This document shows, one piece after another, positions 49,801-64,000 of a stretch of 64,000 nt of DNA; positions within the stretch are counted from its first letter, which is position 1; every line of letters starts with the position of its first letter. The stretch covers positions 80,848,001 to 80,912,000 of the forward strand of contig JBITNC010000001.1 in the NCBI GenBank assembly GCA_050084985.1. Reading direction: 5' to 3'. Under the pieces are notes generated by a model. The model saw only the letters and a list, made by a program, of their open reading frames with translations, did not search any database and had not been told where the DNA came from. This stretch comes from Nageia nagi (lineage: Eukaryota > Plantae > Pinophyta). A program made the position numbers and the translations under genes.

Positions 49801-50799
49801 GTTTTATCACTATTAACAAAGGGACGTGGTTGATTACGATCAAGAATTATCATATTCCTTGGGAATATCTAATATGGGCACAATTATATTTATTTTGCAA
49901 ATTTCAAATATTTTTCTTTAAGCTCCATATTTTACTAGAGGCCCTCACATGCATGCAAACCAAAAGGAACAAATCAAGGCCATTATATTTTCTTTAAAAC
50001 AATATGATCATCCAAGTTCTCACCTATCCTTCTTGCCTTTTGGGACAAGAACATCCTTCATCATTTTAGGAATGAAGTCTTTGATACTCTCCCTCAACCA
50101 CACCCTAAAAAGGATCAAATTGTAGATACTTAAATTTGTATTTCAAGTATTTAAATGATTTTATTTCATTTATGTCAAATATTAATTTGCATACACTTTA
50201 GATAACTTGAGGATGATATAAGTGAATTTATTTAATTAGCATTATGATTTGTAATAACTACTAGACTATGTATTTCTAAATCTTTAAAGACATATTTCAA
50301 TCTGTAAAATCTATAGTTTACTTGAAAAGTAATAACACAATTAGTAAATAACATTCACACACATAAAAACACTGATTTTATGGTGGAAAAATCCCAATGT
50401 GGGAAAAAAACCATTATCAAAGATCTCTCAGGTATATATTGATCACAAAAATGTTACAATCACCATAGGCTTTAATACTCATATCTCAATGGCTAGAACA
50501 ATTGCATAAAGTTTCCCAATAATAAAAAAATAACTCTTTGACTAACTCATATCATCATCTCAACAAAATAATCTCCATTTGTTAATCACCTCAACGATAA
50601 TGAAAAGTTACCTCAACCAAGATCTTATGGGCAATTCAAATAATTGCCCAATATATTCCCCTTCCAATATGACATTTGGGCTTCATATTTTTCTCAAAGA
50701 CTGATTTTTCATATTCTATAGTTATTTTAATTTTTATTTTTAAAATACTTTTCAAAGGTTATCTTTTCATCTTCTACAATTACTACAATAACTAAATTT

Positions 50800-51120
50800 T
50801 CAAATTTTATAGTTACGATAATTATTACAATCATAATAACTTTCTACTGTCATTATACAAAATACAATTAACCTTCTACGATCATAGCCATAGTAACAAC
50901 AAACTTTTGCTATCACTATAATAGTAATACAATTCTTCTACTATCACTACAATAGCAATAATAATATTTTATGATCACTATAACAATAACAACAATATTC
51001 TATGGTTACTATAACAATAACAACATTATTCTATACTCATTATAATAGCTACAGTCTAACCTTCTATGATCATTATAACAATAACAACAATATTCTATGG
51101 TTACTATAAAAGTAACAACA
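50800..51120. repeat. ~33-bp degenerate minisatellite
   Basis: TTCTA(C/T)(T/G)ATCACTA(C/T)AA(T/C)A(G/A)TAACAA units, about 9-10 copies. Confidence 0.8.
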
Positions 51121-51999
51121 TTGTTTGTAAATCCTTTAGAAAAATTAAATTTGTAAGTTTATGGAGGGATTTGCATTCATGATCAAACCATGAATTGCAA
51201 GAGTGGTGGCCATAGTGAGGGTGAGAGGATTATAAGAAAATATTTAGCACACAACATGTAATCATATTGTATTACTTCATATGAATAGGGAGATACAAGA
51301 TTAAAATAGATAACAACATAACCAAGTTGTTATAATAAAAATAAACACTAAAAACTCATGTACACTACACAAAAAATATACTTGAGGTATTAACAATATA
51401 TAATATTTCTAACACCCCCTATTGATTCTAAAAGTGCAACCTTATGATATAGTCTGGTTAGAGCTACACAAGCAAAGTAATAACAAAGTTTTTGAATGAG
51501 TAGAGTGGTGGGACAAGTGTATCCGTGAGGGTTCTTCTACTCATTCTCCTAGAGAAGGTTGACTCCTATATGATTGAAGGTCAAAAGTAATAAGAAATAA
51601 AATAAGATTACTAAAAACAACAACTTAAGATGAGTAAATTGTAGGAAAAGGAACAACTTAATCAAATAACAAGAAATAAATCAAGCTCATGTACTACTGG
51701 AGGGGGTTGTAGTCCATGACTAAGTTTCAAGAATAAAAAGACTAGCCCATAATTAGGGTCTCATTATCGTATTACACAACCTCAATATCCAATATATGCA
51801 TACATTCATAGTAAAACAAACACACTAAAAACCTCAACTCTATGAGGGGAAACACAATATGTATTGAATTAAAATATGAAGCTTGCATACATATTACAAG
51901 GGGAAAAAATATAGAACATTTAGAACATTTTTCATTCTAATTCTAAGCATATATACTTTGGTTTTTGTCATTAACACTACCAACTAATAGTAACAAATA

Positions 52000-54900
52000 A
52001 ATCCTAGAAATGACCAAAATTTTTTACATAAACTTCATGGGCTATTGCCATGAATATAGATTAGACATATAGGTGTTGTTAAAACTAAAATATTAAATGT
52101 TAGGTGCCTGAATTTATGTTCTAAACTCAATCAATTTTCCTTGATTCTAAATATCTAACATTCAAGTGCATTCGAATAAAATCACTATAGCTTGCATTTA
52201 ATATCCATTTGACTAAGGGAATTATGCATCCTTTCTCTCTAATATCCACTACATTTTGGTCTCTACATCATATTAACCAAATGCTACATTTTTGTGGTGT
52301 ACCTTGTTACAATGTTGGGGCATATGCTCTCCTTGATTAATCATTAATATTCTTAATAAATTCACTCATACCATGTGGAAGATGATGTGTCAAATTTGAT
52401 ATGTTGACACAATCCTTGAGTTTCCCACATCTTAGATCGAATGGACCTAAGTATTTGTTGCATATGACATTGTATTAATTTACCTTTTGGGGTGTAGAAT
52501 AGGCTTGGTTAAATTCCTTGGTATTTCTTAGCACTTGGGTTAATGTCAACATCTTCAAAATTATGGGCCCCAATTGAAGATAAAGACTACTCTATTTTTG
52601 GTCATGGTTACTACCCGATGTTTGCTAGAGCCCTTGATTACTTCACTATTCAAAAAATTATAGGACCTAACAAAAATATGATATTTAGCTACTTTTGGTT
52701 GGTCTCTATACCAACCAATATTTTGAATAGCTTGACCTAAATCCATCTCCTCCAAAACCTTAGGTCCTAATAAAACTATTATTCAAAATTTGACTAAGTG
52801 TGAAATGTTCCTTTCACCACTTGATCAAATATGATAGTATAGTGGAGAACCCAGTGAAGACTTCTATTGAAAATGAAGTCTTGCAAAAGGTACAAAATAT
52901 GGAAAAGGGGAATAATAGAAGTGAGGCTAAATAATATTGATCTTTTCTTCTATGGGTATCCCTAGCCAATATTTTATCTTCTTTACTTTGTCAAGTGGAA
53001 ACCTAAGAGCATGTCGATAAGTTTGAAGAATATTTTTAAAATTAGTGATTGTTGCCTCCACATTTTCATGTAATCTTTTCACCTTCACCAAGCTTAGTGC
53101 CTTCATCGCTATCTAATTTACCAATTATTTTTTATCATTAGTTACAATGATAATAAAATTGATATTATTTTGGATCAATATTTGATTTTCATTCTCTCGG
53201 GCTGTAAGATCCTACTTTAGCTTCTCAATTTGTTGACTATTGGCCTCTTTCAATGTTTTCTTGAGTTGATCCATTTATTTGTTTTTCCCTTCCAACTCTT
53301 TCTTTAATGCCTTATCCTTCTTTTCATGAAATGTCATTGAGGCTTCCATTTTGACTCTTAATTCTTCATTACTATTTTCAAGGCCCTTAATTATTTTTTG
53401 TTACTTTTTAATATTTATTTCTAGGTTAACCTTATTCTTCACTAGATTCTCTACATTGCATTTTAATTTTTCAAAGCTCTTTTTGATAGCTTCCATAGTA
53501 TTCATCCCAAACCATTTCTGGTCATAGGTCGAGGCTTTCCCTAGATGAAAATCTTTTAATACAGGATCCATGTCCTTTTCCAAGGGTGTTCCTATGATTG
53601 GGATTACTCCAACTTTCATTTTTTATAATTCTAGGTCAATTGCATTCATCAGTCTTACCTCATGCTCCAGGAGTCTCTTGGGTTATTTTAAGAGTTGTAC
53701 CCAATTCATTTATTAAGGTACCTATATATTGAAAATATTATCTATTTTCAATAGAGTGAAGGGTGAAAAAGTTTTTATCTTACTCAGGAAAGAAGAGGAA
53801 GTGATTATTTCCTTTTCCATAACTCCAATTTTCTATTATACGATATTTCTCTATTCCTTCTAGGGCATCGATTAAGGATTTCTTAAGGGAATTTGCAGGT
53901 GCCTTGTCCATTTAGGATACAGGGTATATGGGATTCTCTTATTGATGTTGAAACTTTGTAACCTATAGATTTTGTTCTTCTATTATATTTTCCTAATCAT
54001 CCTCTAACTTATCTTGTTTTACTTTTGATCACTTTAAAGGGACTTATTCTTTTGGATGCACTTCTACATGTGGCTATTTTGTTGCTTATGATTGTGTTTG
54101 CTTTTGCAATTTATTGGGCTATTGAGATTGAGCTTGGAGTTGAGTTGGTGATTATTTGGGTAATTGCGTTAGGATTTTCTAGGGCCCAAGAAGTGGTTGC
54201 ATCCCTTTATGCAACCTTTGATTATACATTTTGTAAAAAACTTGCTAAAATTTGTAGCAATATATGATGATGACCTAGTATTAATTACATGTGGAGGACA
54301 TGGAACGATGTTATCATGAGATGCTTGACCTTTCGATATCACCACTTCCTTGTCATCAAGATCAATGTGGAATCTATATGTACTATACTATGCATGTGCA
54401 AATATATATTATATTTCTTTTTCCTTCTCATTAGGAGTATTGATTCTTTTTATAGGACTTTCCTTTATATATGGAACAATTATTGCTTGTTCAACAACTT
54501 TCTCATCATCAATTTTTATTTTAATTTTGATTACTTCAAAGATTTTAGTTTGTTGAGGAATTTTTGACCTTGCTTATCTTTTTCTTAAGGAATTAGGCTT
54601 TTCCTTTTATTTTATTTCTACATCTTGAGAAGGGGTTTGAGAAGAGGTAGATTAAAACTTTGTAGTGTTCAAACTTCCTAAGGCCTTCAACAATTCTAAC
54701 ATTGCATCTACATCATAAGATTTATCCCATTCTTTTTCATCCTAGAATGTTTCAAACTTCATATTTTCTTGGCCAATGGCTTTATCTCCATTTTCAAATT
54801 TTAATTTGGTGAAATAAGTTATTTTAGTTTCACCCCAATTATGCTTCTCTTGCAAGTCATCCAATACAATACAAGTGAGTTTAAACTCCTTTGTTTCCCA

Positions 54901-57880
54901 CTTATGTTTCTTTGGAAAGGCCTCCATGTCAATCCATGCCTTTTGTATTGGAATGAAATCAAAATCTTGGCCCTATTTTGCATGTTCTTAAATCATATTT
55001 TCAAATGCCTCCAAAAGGCATAGATTCATGTTTGAAGGAGTATCCCTTGGACTGAGCCTTTAATATTGTTGCCTTTTTCCCAAAGGGTCATATGGCCATG
55101 TTGTAATGGCCATGTTGTATTTGTCTCCTCTAATTGAAAATACCTCTTCATAAGGTATACATATATTAATGTTAAACATATGTATCTAATATAATATAAA
55201 ATACAACTAATGGATATTTTTTCAAACTATTATGCCTACCCCTAGCTTCAAACTTCATCTCAATCAAATTAGTTTGTGTATCCAATTCTTATGAAAATAA
55301 CTTCTTGAAAATGTACATAGGTAATATAAAAATGGTACCCAAGAATCCATAACTGATGATCGCTTTCTTATTTTCATAAAGTACTAATCGCCAACTTCAT
55401 TCTCCTTAGTTTATAGCATGCTCTTGCACTTGTTTGAGAGTCTTAGCATAACTTCCCTGATAAGCAACCTCATGGATGACTCTACAAAAAATTCCATAAA
55501 ATCATAGTAGGATCTATTATGATGCTACATCATTTGATTTCTCATGTCAATGCTAAGTAGAAACCCTTATGCTAAGAATGGGTAGTCTAAGGAAATACTA
55601 GATAACCACTCTCAATTTTGGTCTAAAGATAGCTAGAAATGTAATGAAGAATACCTAAAATTACCCCCTTTTTTATTTTGTCTAATCGCTAGGAAATGTG
55701 GTCTGGGATATATTATGATCAGTGGAATTTCATTTGATGATGGAATATACCTTCAGTAAATGCCCAAATATTTGAATCATACCCAAGCACTATATTAAGA
55801 GCATAAATTACCTACCTAACCCACAAATTGTTGAATCTCGCAATCTCTCATTCCTATGGTATCTTGTTTTAGAGCATAAAATACTCTTGATTGATAAATT
55901 ACATTATATTTCCTGGTGATCATTCATACCTCTCCTTTTTGTCCTTGGGTTTGACAAGTTTCAAATTCCTTTGATACCAATGTAGGGGAGCTAAAAAGGT
56001 TCTATCTATAGATATAGTAAATTTGTTTTCCTCACTATCATTGAATTCCATAATTGTAGTTTCCTTATTATTCTTCCTCCTCACCATACTTATAATCAAC
56101 TCAAGTGCATGAAATGACATAAATAAAATATAATACATCAACCTTGAATCCAACACATAAACTAATTTAGTCCTTTGAGTCTTTGGTTTATTGACTCTAC
56201 CTTTATAAGAAAGCAAGGGTTTCTTTGGTTTGCTCCTCTAAGTATTGAGACTACCTATTTTTGCATCCCTCCATGAAAACTTATTTCCCTATGCTTGTTT
56301 TTTGTAGTCATTATTTTTCTTCACTAAGTATGCCATAAGCTTCACAAAATAGGCATACCTTGCTTCTTTGTCTTTCTATTGTGCCTCTATTTCTTGAGCC
56401 TTTTTTTCTTCAATGATTCTTACCTCATTCTCCTCAGTCATAGGTTCCTTTTTTCTTTCAACATGAGTATATCATTGATTCATGATGTCTAAGCATTCTT
56501 TGAGGATTTGCTTCAAAATATGTTATCACTTTGGACACTTACAATCATTCTCATGATACTTTGCAACTCTTGCTCTAAACACTTAGGAAATTTTAGCAAG
56601 AATGATAAATATGAATGAGAAAACCATCTTAAGTATTAGTTTTTGTATAGGAAAGAGTGCCTTAGCTAAGTTAATCTATTACCACATGTTAGGAAGGACA
56701 AACAAGATCACTAGATCAATAAATCATGAAGCCACCAAAATTTAATTCTACTATTGTAAGGCATTTGGAAGTACAACTTACATCTAAAGCTAATCTTTAG
56801 CTCATTTGGATTTCAAAATAATATCTAATTCTTATGACTATTTACATTGCCTACCTACCCTATTTAATGCATGAAAAGACCTATATATACCCATTTACAT
56901 TTACTTACATTTCCCTATTGGCTAAAATTTTAAATATCCCTATAATGCTTGAAATAGATCCCATTGATGAGGATCATCATCTCTCGGGACCTGACTAAAT
57001 CCTTTAGCTTGTATGCATTGTTCTCTAACATTTTCATGATCACATACAAACTACTCCAATAAGAATCAAACTTTTAGTATTTCTCAAGCTTTGCATGATC
57101 TTCATCCTACTTAAGTATGAAATCTCCTTCTTGGAAAGAGACCCAAGATGACTTGTTCTTATCAAACCATTTCTTCACTACCTTATGTATGTGTTGAAAT
57201 GCATGATAAAAATTTTCCTTATCTTCTTCTACTCTAAGCAACCGATTCACCCTTATTTGTAAAGGATCTATTTCTAGTTCATCCATTTCTTATAATATCT
57301 TCATCGTAGGCAACTCGAGGTGGAGAAGAAGTACATGTATTTTCCTGTATACTAAAGCATAGGGGAAGTTTTGTTTGCATTCTTCACATTGATCCTATAT
57401 ACCCATAGTGCATGCTATTTCCTTTGATTTCCTTCTATAGTCCTTTTGATTATGTTAATAAGATTTTTGTTGGTGGACTCAACCAATCCATTACCTTGTG
57501 GGTAATAAATAGTTAGAAGATGTTCTCTAACAAATTCCATAATTCATAATAATCCATTATGAATTGAGTAATTAATCTTTGCATAAAATCAATCATTGCA
57601 TATTGATTTGCATTCTTACATGGCATCGCTTTAGCCCATCAAGTAAAATAATTTATTACGATAAGGATGAATTTATGTTTGACTGATGAATTTGGGTTAA
57701 TTACCCCAGTAAAATCTAAGCACCATTACGAAAATGGTTCTTTTATGATGATCAACTTGAGTGGCATTGCAAATTTCCTTATTTTTACCATAAATTCATT
57801 GCACTTATCATATTCTCAATCTATTTTGAATAAATATTGGAATATAGTTGGCCAATAGTAGCTTTCTTGCAATATCTAAG
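52000..57880 (-). mobile_element. Heavily decayed Tat/Ogre-type Gypsy internal region (integrase plus long 3' region)
   Basis: 56940-57870 rc reads YYWPT...PFS*WCLDFTGVINPNSS...NYFT*WAKA...YYPQGNGLVESTNK...FQEGD...NAYKL. Several kb of degenerate coding-like sequence follow. Possible LTR/PPT junction at 51414. Confidence 0.8.
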
Positions 57881-59594
57881 AAACAACAATGATGGAATCA
57901 CCAATAATATGTCAAAAAAATTGGTGATGAAAAGAGTGATGGGTTCATCAATGTGTATATGCTTAAAATTAACCTTACATAACTAATTGTGCATAAATAT
58001 ATACTTAATATATAGGAAATTACTACTAAAATGAATTTTGTGTATCCTCTAAAGTAACTATGTATAAATAATATAAAAGAATATAAAGTATTCACAAATG
58101 TAAATTAATAATAATATACTTATACTATTGGTTCAAATTCAAAACATATGAGGAAGGGATCAAAAGATAAGTACATCCTACCTTACTTGGATGATGATTT
58201 GTATGCTTAGAATTGACTTGTTACAAAGGTGGGACCTTGGAGAGTAAGACATAGTAGAGAGAATAGATTTTCAAAGTAACACATATACCTAGGAAAGCAT
58301 ATATGACACTAATAACATTGATACTATGTTCCCTATGAGTTATCATTTGTAATTTAGATTTCTATTAGTATAGAAAGTGCAACAAGCCTAATCTAGCATA
58401 TATAGAAATATGAATAATAGATGCTCATGTGATAATAGATACCAATTTCGAAGGACAATGTCAAGAGATACCTTATATTTTTAAGTATTTCAGTATGAAT
58501 ATAAGTATGAGAATTTGATAGTCTCCTCATATTACCTTACCTCCTTTTATAGGAATAATAACCACAATAATATACACATATAGGATAGTGTTGATGCTAG
58601 GGTCCTTACACACAAAAAGAGAAACAACATGAGAAGATCACATAAGTCAACTTATATGAAAATAATATGAAATATAATAATAAAATAAAATATATTTCCA
58701 TCTAAGTAATACAAAATTAATTTATAATATTAGCTATCAAAATTAAGTATCAACAGAACCATTAGAGAAGGAGAAGTATTAGGAGTTATGAAGTTAATGA
58801 AGAAAAATAAGATGTTGATGAACTATTGGTGAGCCTTCTCAATAATGGATCAAAGGATAAAGAACTATAGGTCCTTGATGATTCAAAGAGTTATGGGCTA
58901 TTAATCCATTCCATTCATATGTCCTTTAACCATTATATCCTAAAGAAATATAAATATCAAAGTGTGTTGGTTTTTCTTGTAAACAAAAGAGGGAATTTAC
59001 GATAATATTATTCTTACCTTTATGATGAGTAAACTCATTACTATATCCAATAAGTTTGGTAATCCATTTCAATAGTCCAAAGAGGAGACTCATTGTTCCA
59101 AAATGTACTTTAGGCTATGATGGTTAATTTTAATTCAAAAATAGTTCCTTGTGGTATACAAATAATAATGAATGATTTCTTAAGCAATTACAAAAATTTT
59201 CTTTTTCATATGCTGATTTTAAGGTTAATGATAATCAAAACCTTGCTCATGAAGGCAAGTAAGTTTCACTGTTACATGATCACAATACCAATGATACTTG
59301 TACACATCACTCTTAATGATACATATTTTAGTGAAGTCAAGTATAATTGGCAGGGTTTAAATTTGACATTTGACCTTACTTGTCAAAAATTTTCTTTTTA
59401 CAATTTTCTCCTTATATTACCATTTAAATATGTATTGATTTTGTTATTGAAAATTGAATATGAAATTTTATTTTTAGAATTTGAATAAATTTATTTATTT
59501 TATATTTGATAAAAAATAAATTCAAAGGAGAAATGAGAAAATCTCAATAACCATACTAAATTATAGGTGAAATAGGAAAATATTAACAATATAT

Positions 59595-59775
59595 TCTAAC
59601 ATATCAAACATTTGCATATGATAAGGTTTAGATTCATATTTTATTCATAGTACGGAAGAAATATTTTATGATATAGAAAAAACATAATTATAAACATTAT
59701 ATGTTAACATCTTAAACATTTGCATATGATAAGATTTATCTTCATATTTTATTCACAACATGCAAGGAATATTTT
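59595..59775. repeat. Direct repeat, period ~108 bp
   Basis: AAACATTTGCATATGATAAG...TTCATATTTTATTCA starts at 59606 and 59714. Confidence 0.75.
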
Positions 59776-61354
59776 TTGATACAAAAACTTAAGATTTTTT
59801 TTGCTTAGGTTTGGAAGATAGATTTTTGAAAGAAATCATAACCTTTTACATTTTGACAAGATATTCTTGAAGCTCAAGATTGCATGCTACGATACACAAT
59901 CAAAACATTAAAAATATTATTGCCCATCATTTACATCTTTCATCATATTGAGGGTTGCAAACCAACACCAACATGAGGGTTTCCTAAACTATTATAGAGG
60001 ATTAAAAGAATCCATGGAAATGAAACAAGAAGATCAAAAAGATACTGAAATGAAATAAGAAGATTAAAAAACCTTCTTCCCATAAATTATTCAACAATGA
60101 AGAACTTAAAAGACCAAAAGAGTGGAGATGAAATTGGATTTTTTCAACTTGCAAGTAAGTGGTGTCCCCTTCTTAGGGTATCCAAGGCCCAAAATCTATA
60201 GAAATATCCTTAGATTAAGGTTTCCAAGCCCCAAACTTTGCACTACATAATCTAACATCCACAAGATGGTAACTCTTGTCCTTCTAGAATGAGTCTTGAA
60301 TTAGCACTACCAAAATGTCTTCATCCAAAGAACCTTTGATGACATTCAAACAATGTCCATACATTACTCAAAATCATTGAAGTTTAGGAAATACCCATAC
60401 ATTGCCTAGTTCTAGAAATAAACTTCCAAAAAATGCCCATACAAATTTTAGAGAGTGAAATACCTCCAAGAAATGCCCATACATTACTCAATCATGATAC
60501 AAATCCAAAACCATGCACATAGGTAGCTCAATATGGCTTGACATCATATGTAATCAAAGGAGAGCATTGTCCATACAATCTTTCCCTCATCTAAGAAATC
60601 CTTCTGGTAGACATAGCCAATAGACCCCCCACTTATTGCTCCATAAACCTAACAAAAAATGGATCATGAATCCCCCGCTTAATGAACAAAAGCCTCAGAT
60701 CACCATATCTAATTGGCTACCATCAAAGTATAGCCAAATAAATTCCAACATTAAAAATGCCCCTCCAATTGGTTTATCAAGGAATATGGCTCCTCAAACC
60801 TCTACAATATCCCTCCTCTAGATTACACCTTAAAACCCTCCCTATTGAATCTCTACTGGGATTGCTTCAATGTTACCACTATTTAGCGGCTCCAAAAAGC
60901 CTTGAAAGTCTTCAAACATTGCTCAAAACTCAACCCAAAATGGGAAAAAATTAGCAACCACCATCTCTAGATAAACCCTTAACAAACTAATTATAGTAAA
61001 ATAAAGGACTCCCCAAGTCTTCTACGCATCCAAGAAGACCTTTAGAATCAACAAACCTCTTATAGGAAAAAAACCCTTGCATGAAACTTAGCCCATAAAG
61101 GCTAGAAAATTTAGTAGTCACTTCCTATGAACAAACCCTTATTAATCCAACTGTGATAAAAAAGACTCCATGAATTTCTTGTACATCCAAGGAGACCTTC
61201 AATTCCTATGAACCTCTGATAGGAAAACTTGGCCGCATCCTTAATCCTACTCCCTAGGGTTTTCTCCTACTTATGTGAGTAGTACTCCTCATACATGCAA
61301 GATATCACTCTTACATTTTCTAAATTTTGAATTAGACCAAAGTAATCTATATCC

Positions 61355-61711
61355 ATATGCATGTAATTGGGAATCCTTATAACCTACCATGTAGGGAACC
61401 CTGGTCAGCCTCTATCAGCCCCTCAGGTTTTACCACTTCCTTTATTACCCCTTCACATGTGTATAGTTTCTTCTCTTATGCTTATGGGATTTGAACCTAT
61501 GACCTCTCAAGGAAGTCCAATATGCATGTAATTGGGAATCCTTATAACCTACCATGTAGGGAACCCTGGTCAGCCTCTATCAGACCCTCAGGTTTTACCA
61601 CTTCCTTTATTACCCCTTCACATGTGTATAGTTTCTTCTCTTATGCTTATGGGATTTGAACCTGTGACCTCTCAAGGAAGTCCAAGAGCCCTTACCACTA
61701 CACCAAATGCC
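61355..61711 (-). mobile_element. tRNA-derived SINE with a 165-bp tandem duplication
   Basis: rc GGCATTTGGTGTAGTGGT (A box)...GGTTCAAATCCC (B box). 61355-61519 and 61520-61684 differ at about 2 positions. Confidence 0.75.
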
Positions 61712-61947
61712 TTATGGCTCAAAAACTTGGGAATTCATACATTATTAATTCAAGCAATAAAAGAATTTCAATTCTTTCAATTTTAAGGAAATGATAATCT
61801 TTTCCATTTTTGTATAATATTAAATATTTTGAGAATTACACTATTATTTATATCATTTGATTTTACTTATAATATATTTTTATTGTGTATATACTAAGAA
61901 CATAACTAAGGAATATCTCTAAGCTTGTAAGGTGGAAGATATCAACA

Positions 61948-62194
61948 TGTTGAGATATAAAAGAACAATTGATTTGGACTTTAGGTAGAAGAGTTAGAAT
62001 AATCATTGACTCAAAAAATAAAATCAATGAACTAGGAACCTAATGCATTTTATTATTTAAATTTAATCTTATTTAGATAGTCAAATCAATGGGTTTCCTC
62101 TTTGTAACTTCTAGGACATATTGTAATAATTTTTTAGTTACTTATAGTAAGTTATTAGTCTTCCATGGAGCATATTTTTATTATAGATTCATAG

Positions 62195-62250
<56 letters not shown>

Positions 62251-63190
62251 AATCTCTCTATGAATAATATATGATAATACAATTTACATTTCTGATTGTG
62301 GTATCAGAGCTAGGAGATTTAGTTAGGTTAGAGAGTCTTGTGGGTATTTTTTGCAAAAACTTATCAAGTTTTTCAAGAGTGATCCAAGAAGGTCTTGTTG
62401 TAGGTATTGATTTTGTTGTTATATTATATTTGAGGGAAATATTGCTACTGGTAGTAATCATCCTCCCATTCTTAATTTCAATGGGTATGATTATGAATAT
62501 TGGTCCTTGAAGATGAAGATTTTTCCCATATGAAAATGAGTGTGGGATATCATAGAAGATGGCTATGTGGATCCATATTGGAGAACACTTTCGATTATAT
62601 ATAGGCTAGCTAAGAGAGGCCCAAAAAAAGAACTCTTTTTCACTCTACCATCTCCAAACTTCCTTGGATAAGAGATTATTCCCAAGAATTACTATATGTA
62701 CTATAATTAGTGATGCATAGAAAGCCTTGAAGGATGGGTTCCAAGGTAATGATCAAATAACAAAAGTGACAACTTCAAAATTATAAGATTGAGTTTAAAA
62801 ATTTGAAGCAAAAGGAGGGTGAGAAGGTTGGAGAATATTGTGTGAAGGTCAAATTATGTGTTCAAAATATTAAAACACTTAGAGAGGAGGCCACAAATGA
62901 AGTGGTAGTGAAGAAAGTGTTAAGAACACATCTTATCAAATGGAAAAATATAGTTATCATAATAAAGGAAAGAAAAAATATTGTTACCTTTGATTATGAT
63001 AATCTTATTGGTTACCTTACATCCCATGAAGAAATGCTTTCTCTACCTTCAAATGTTGGGGAGTGTAAGAGAAGGAATTTGCATCCAAATAAGGTGAATT
63101 CAATGCTAATAGACAAGGAGGAGGCACTACAACACAAACCTCATTTAGCATCAAGGAATGCATTAGGGATATTCAAAAATCATTCCTGAC
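61948..63190 (+). mobile_element. Truncated Ty1/Copia element: putative LTR, PBS and gag remnant
   Basis: PBS TGGTATCAGAGC 62299-62310. FNGYDYEYWSLKMK...WDIIEDGY, then UBN2-like LKQKEGEKVGEY...VVKKVLR...LIGYLTSHEE. LTR start uncertain. Confidence 0.8.
62196..62246. repeat. (TA)n microsatellite
   Basis: Directly visible. Confidence 0.95.
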
Positions 63191-63507
63191 ATAAAAATTA
63201 TCAGACAAAATCAATTATACATCAACATTTTTTGCATTTAGTGACACCGAGTTTGATGCATCATGATAGTATAAATGACGGTGAATTTGATATCAATTTT
63301 TATGTAAGTTTTGATGAATTTGATATCATGATTGATGTTGAGTTTAACATAATTTAACTTTCATATGATGTTAAAATTACCTTCACATGATGCCAAATAT
63401 GGACATAAATTAACACAAATTATGATGCTATACCACATTATTAAACCAATTTGGTTTGTTTTGATGCTAATGTAAAAATTTATAGTTGTTTTAGAAAAAT
63501 ATAATAG

Positions 63508-63654
63508 TTTTAGGTTTTAATGGTTTAGGATTTTAGGTTTTTAAGGGTTTAGGGATTTAGGTTTTTAAGCGTATAAGGTTTTAGGGTTTGGTATTTTAAG
63601 CTTTAAGGTTTTAGGGTTGTAAAGGTTTAAAGGTAATTTAGGAGTTTAAGGGTC
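63508..63654 (+). repeat. Degenerate TTTAGGG-like tract
   Basis: Several TTTAGGG, TTTAGG and TTTAAGG variants in tandem. Confidence 0.7.
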
Positions 63655-64000
63655 ATAGTGCATAGAACCATGAAAAAAATTAAAATTTGAAACCAACTCA
63701 CAACTTGGAATACCTTGAAAATATATTTGAGTATAGGGATCACTACGCTTATAGTTAGTGCAATTACCTTCATAGCTCTCAGAGCTCTATTAAACCTCTC
63801 ATTCCCCATTACACACTAGATAAACAAAGAACCATATACTTTTACATATTCAAGAAACCACCTTTCTTCTATTGCTACTCCAATTCATAAAAATAAAACA
63901 ACTTCATGATTAGATACCTCAATGTACAAAAACCAACTAGTGTCACTTCCATAGGGCCTTTCCACATTAAATATTATTTATACCATCATTGGAATTACTT

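Noticed and set aside
58760-59120. Harbinger or hAT transposase remnant
   Set aside because: Too degenerate; no catalytic motif could be read with confidence.
61640-61711. tRNA gene
   Set aside because: A and B boxes are present but no convincing cloverleaf or anticodon arm; it continues into a SINE-like body. The same applies to 33497 and 46828.

Overview
Eukaryotic, repeat-dominated plant genomic DNA. The giant intron, nested LTR elements and transposon types suggest a gymnosperm or conifer (inference). One host gene is visible on the + strand: a partial exon at 1-92 and a terminal coding exon at 32467-33110 encoding a UBZ3-type zinc finger, basic NLS and C-terminal PIP box, as in a Y-family translesion polymerase (Pol kappa or Pol eta type). 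The two exons are phase-compatible across a putative 32.4-kb intron. That intron holds: a non-autonomous Copia element (2909-15111) carrying a non-autonomous Gypsy element (5360-10266) and a 3.2-kb solo LTR; a second Gypsy/chromovirus derivative without matching TSD (16214-21786); a hAT remnant; a related 4.3-kb solo LTR; and a hAT MITE inside an L1 remnant. Downstream of the gene are tRNA-derived SINEs and an L1 LINE whose endonuclease region is replaced by the 3' end of a different LINE and whose RT is split by a third Gypsy derivative (37558-43129). Further on lie a decayed Tat/Ogre-type element, a truncated Copia and telomere-like repeats. No intact transposase or pol ORF, rRNA, true tRNA or CRISPR array was found. 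The most unusual signals are an interspaced palindrome array with a second TATA and small ORF inside a solo LTR, 30-bp arrays replacing pol in a Gypsy family, a ~115-bp module shared by a Copia LTR and a hAT MITE, and the chimeric LINE. All calls come from reading the sequence by eye; no searches were run.
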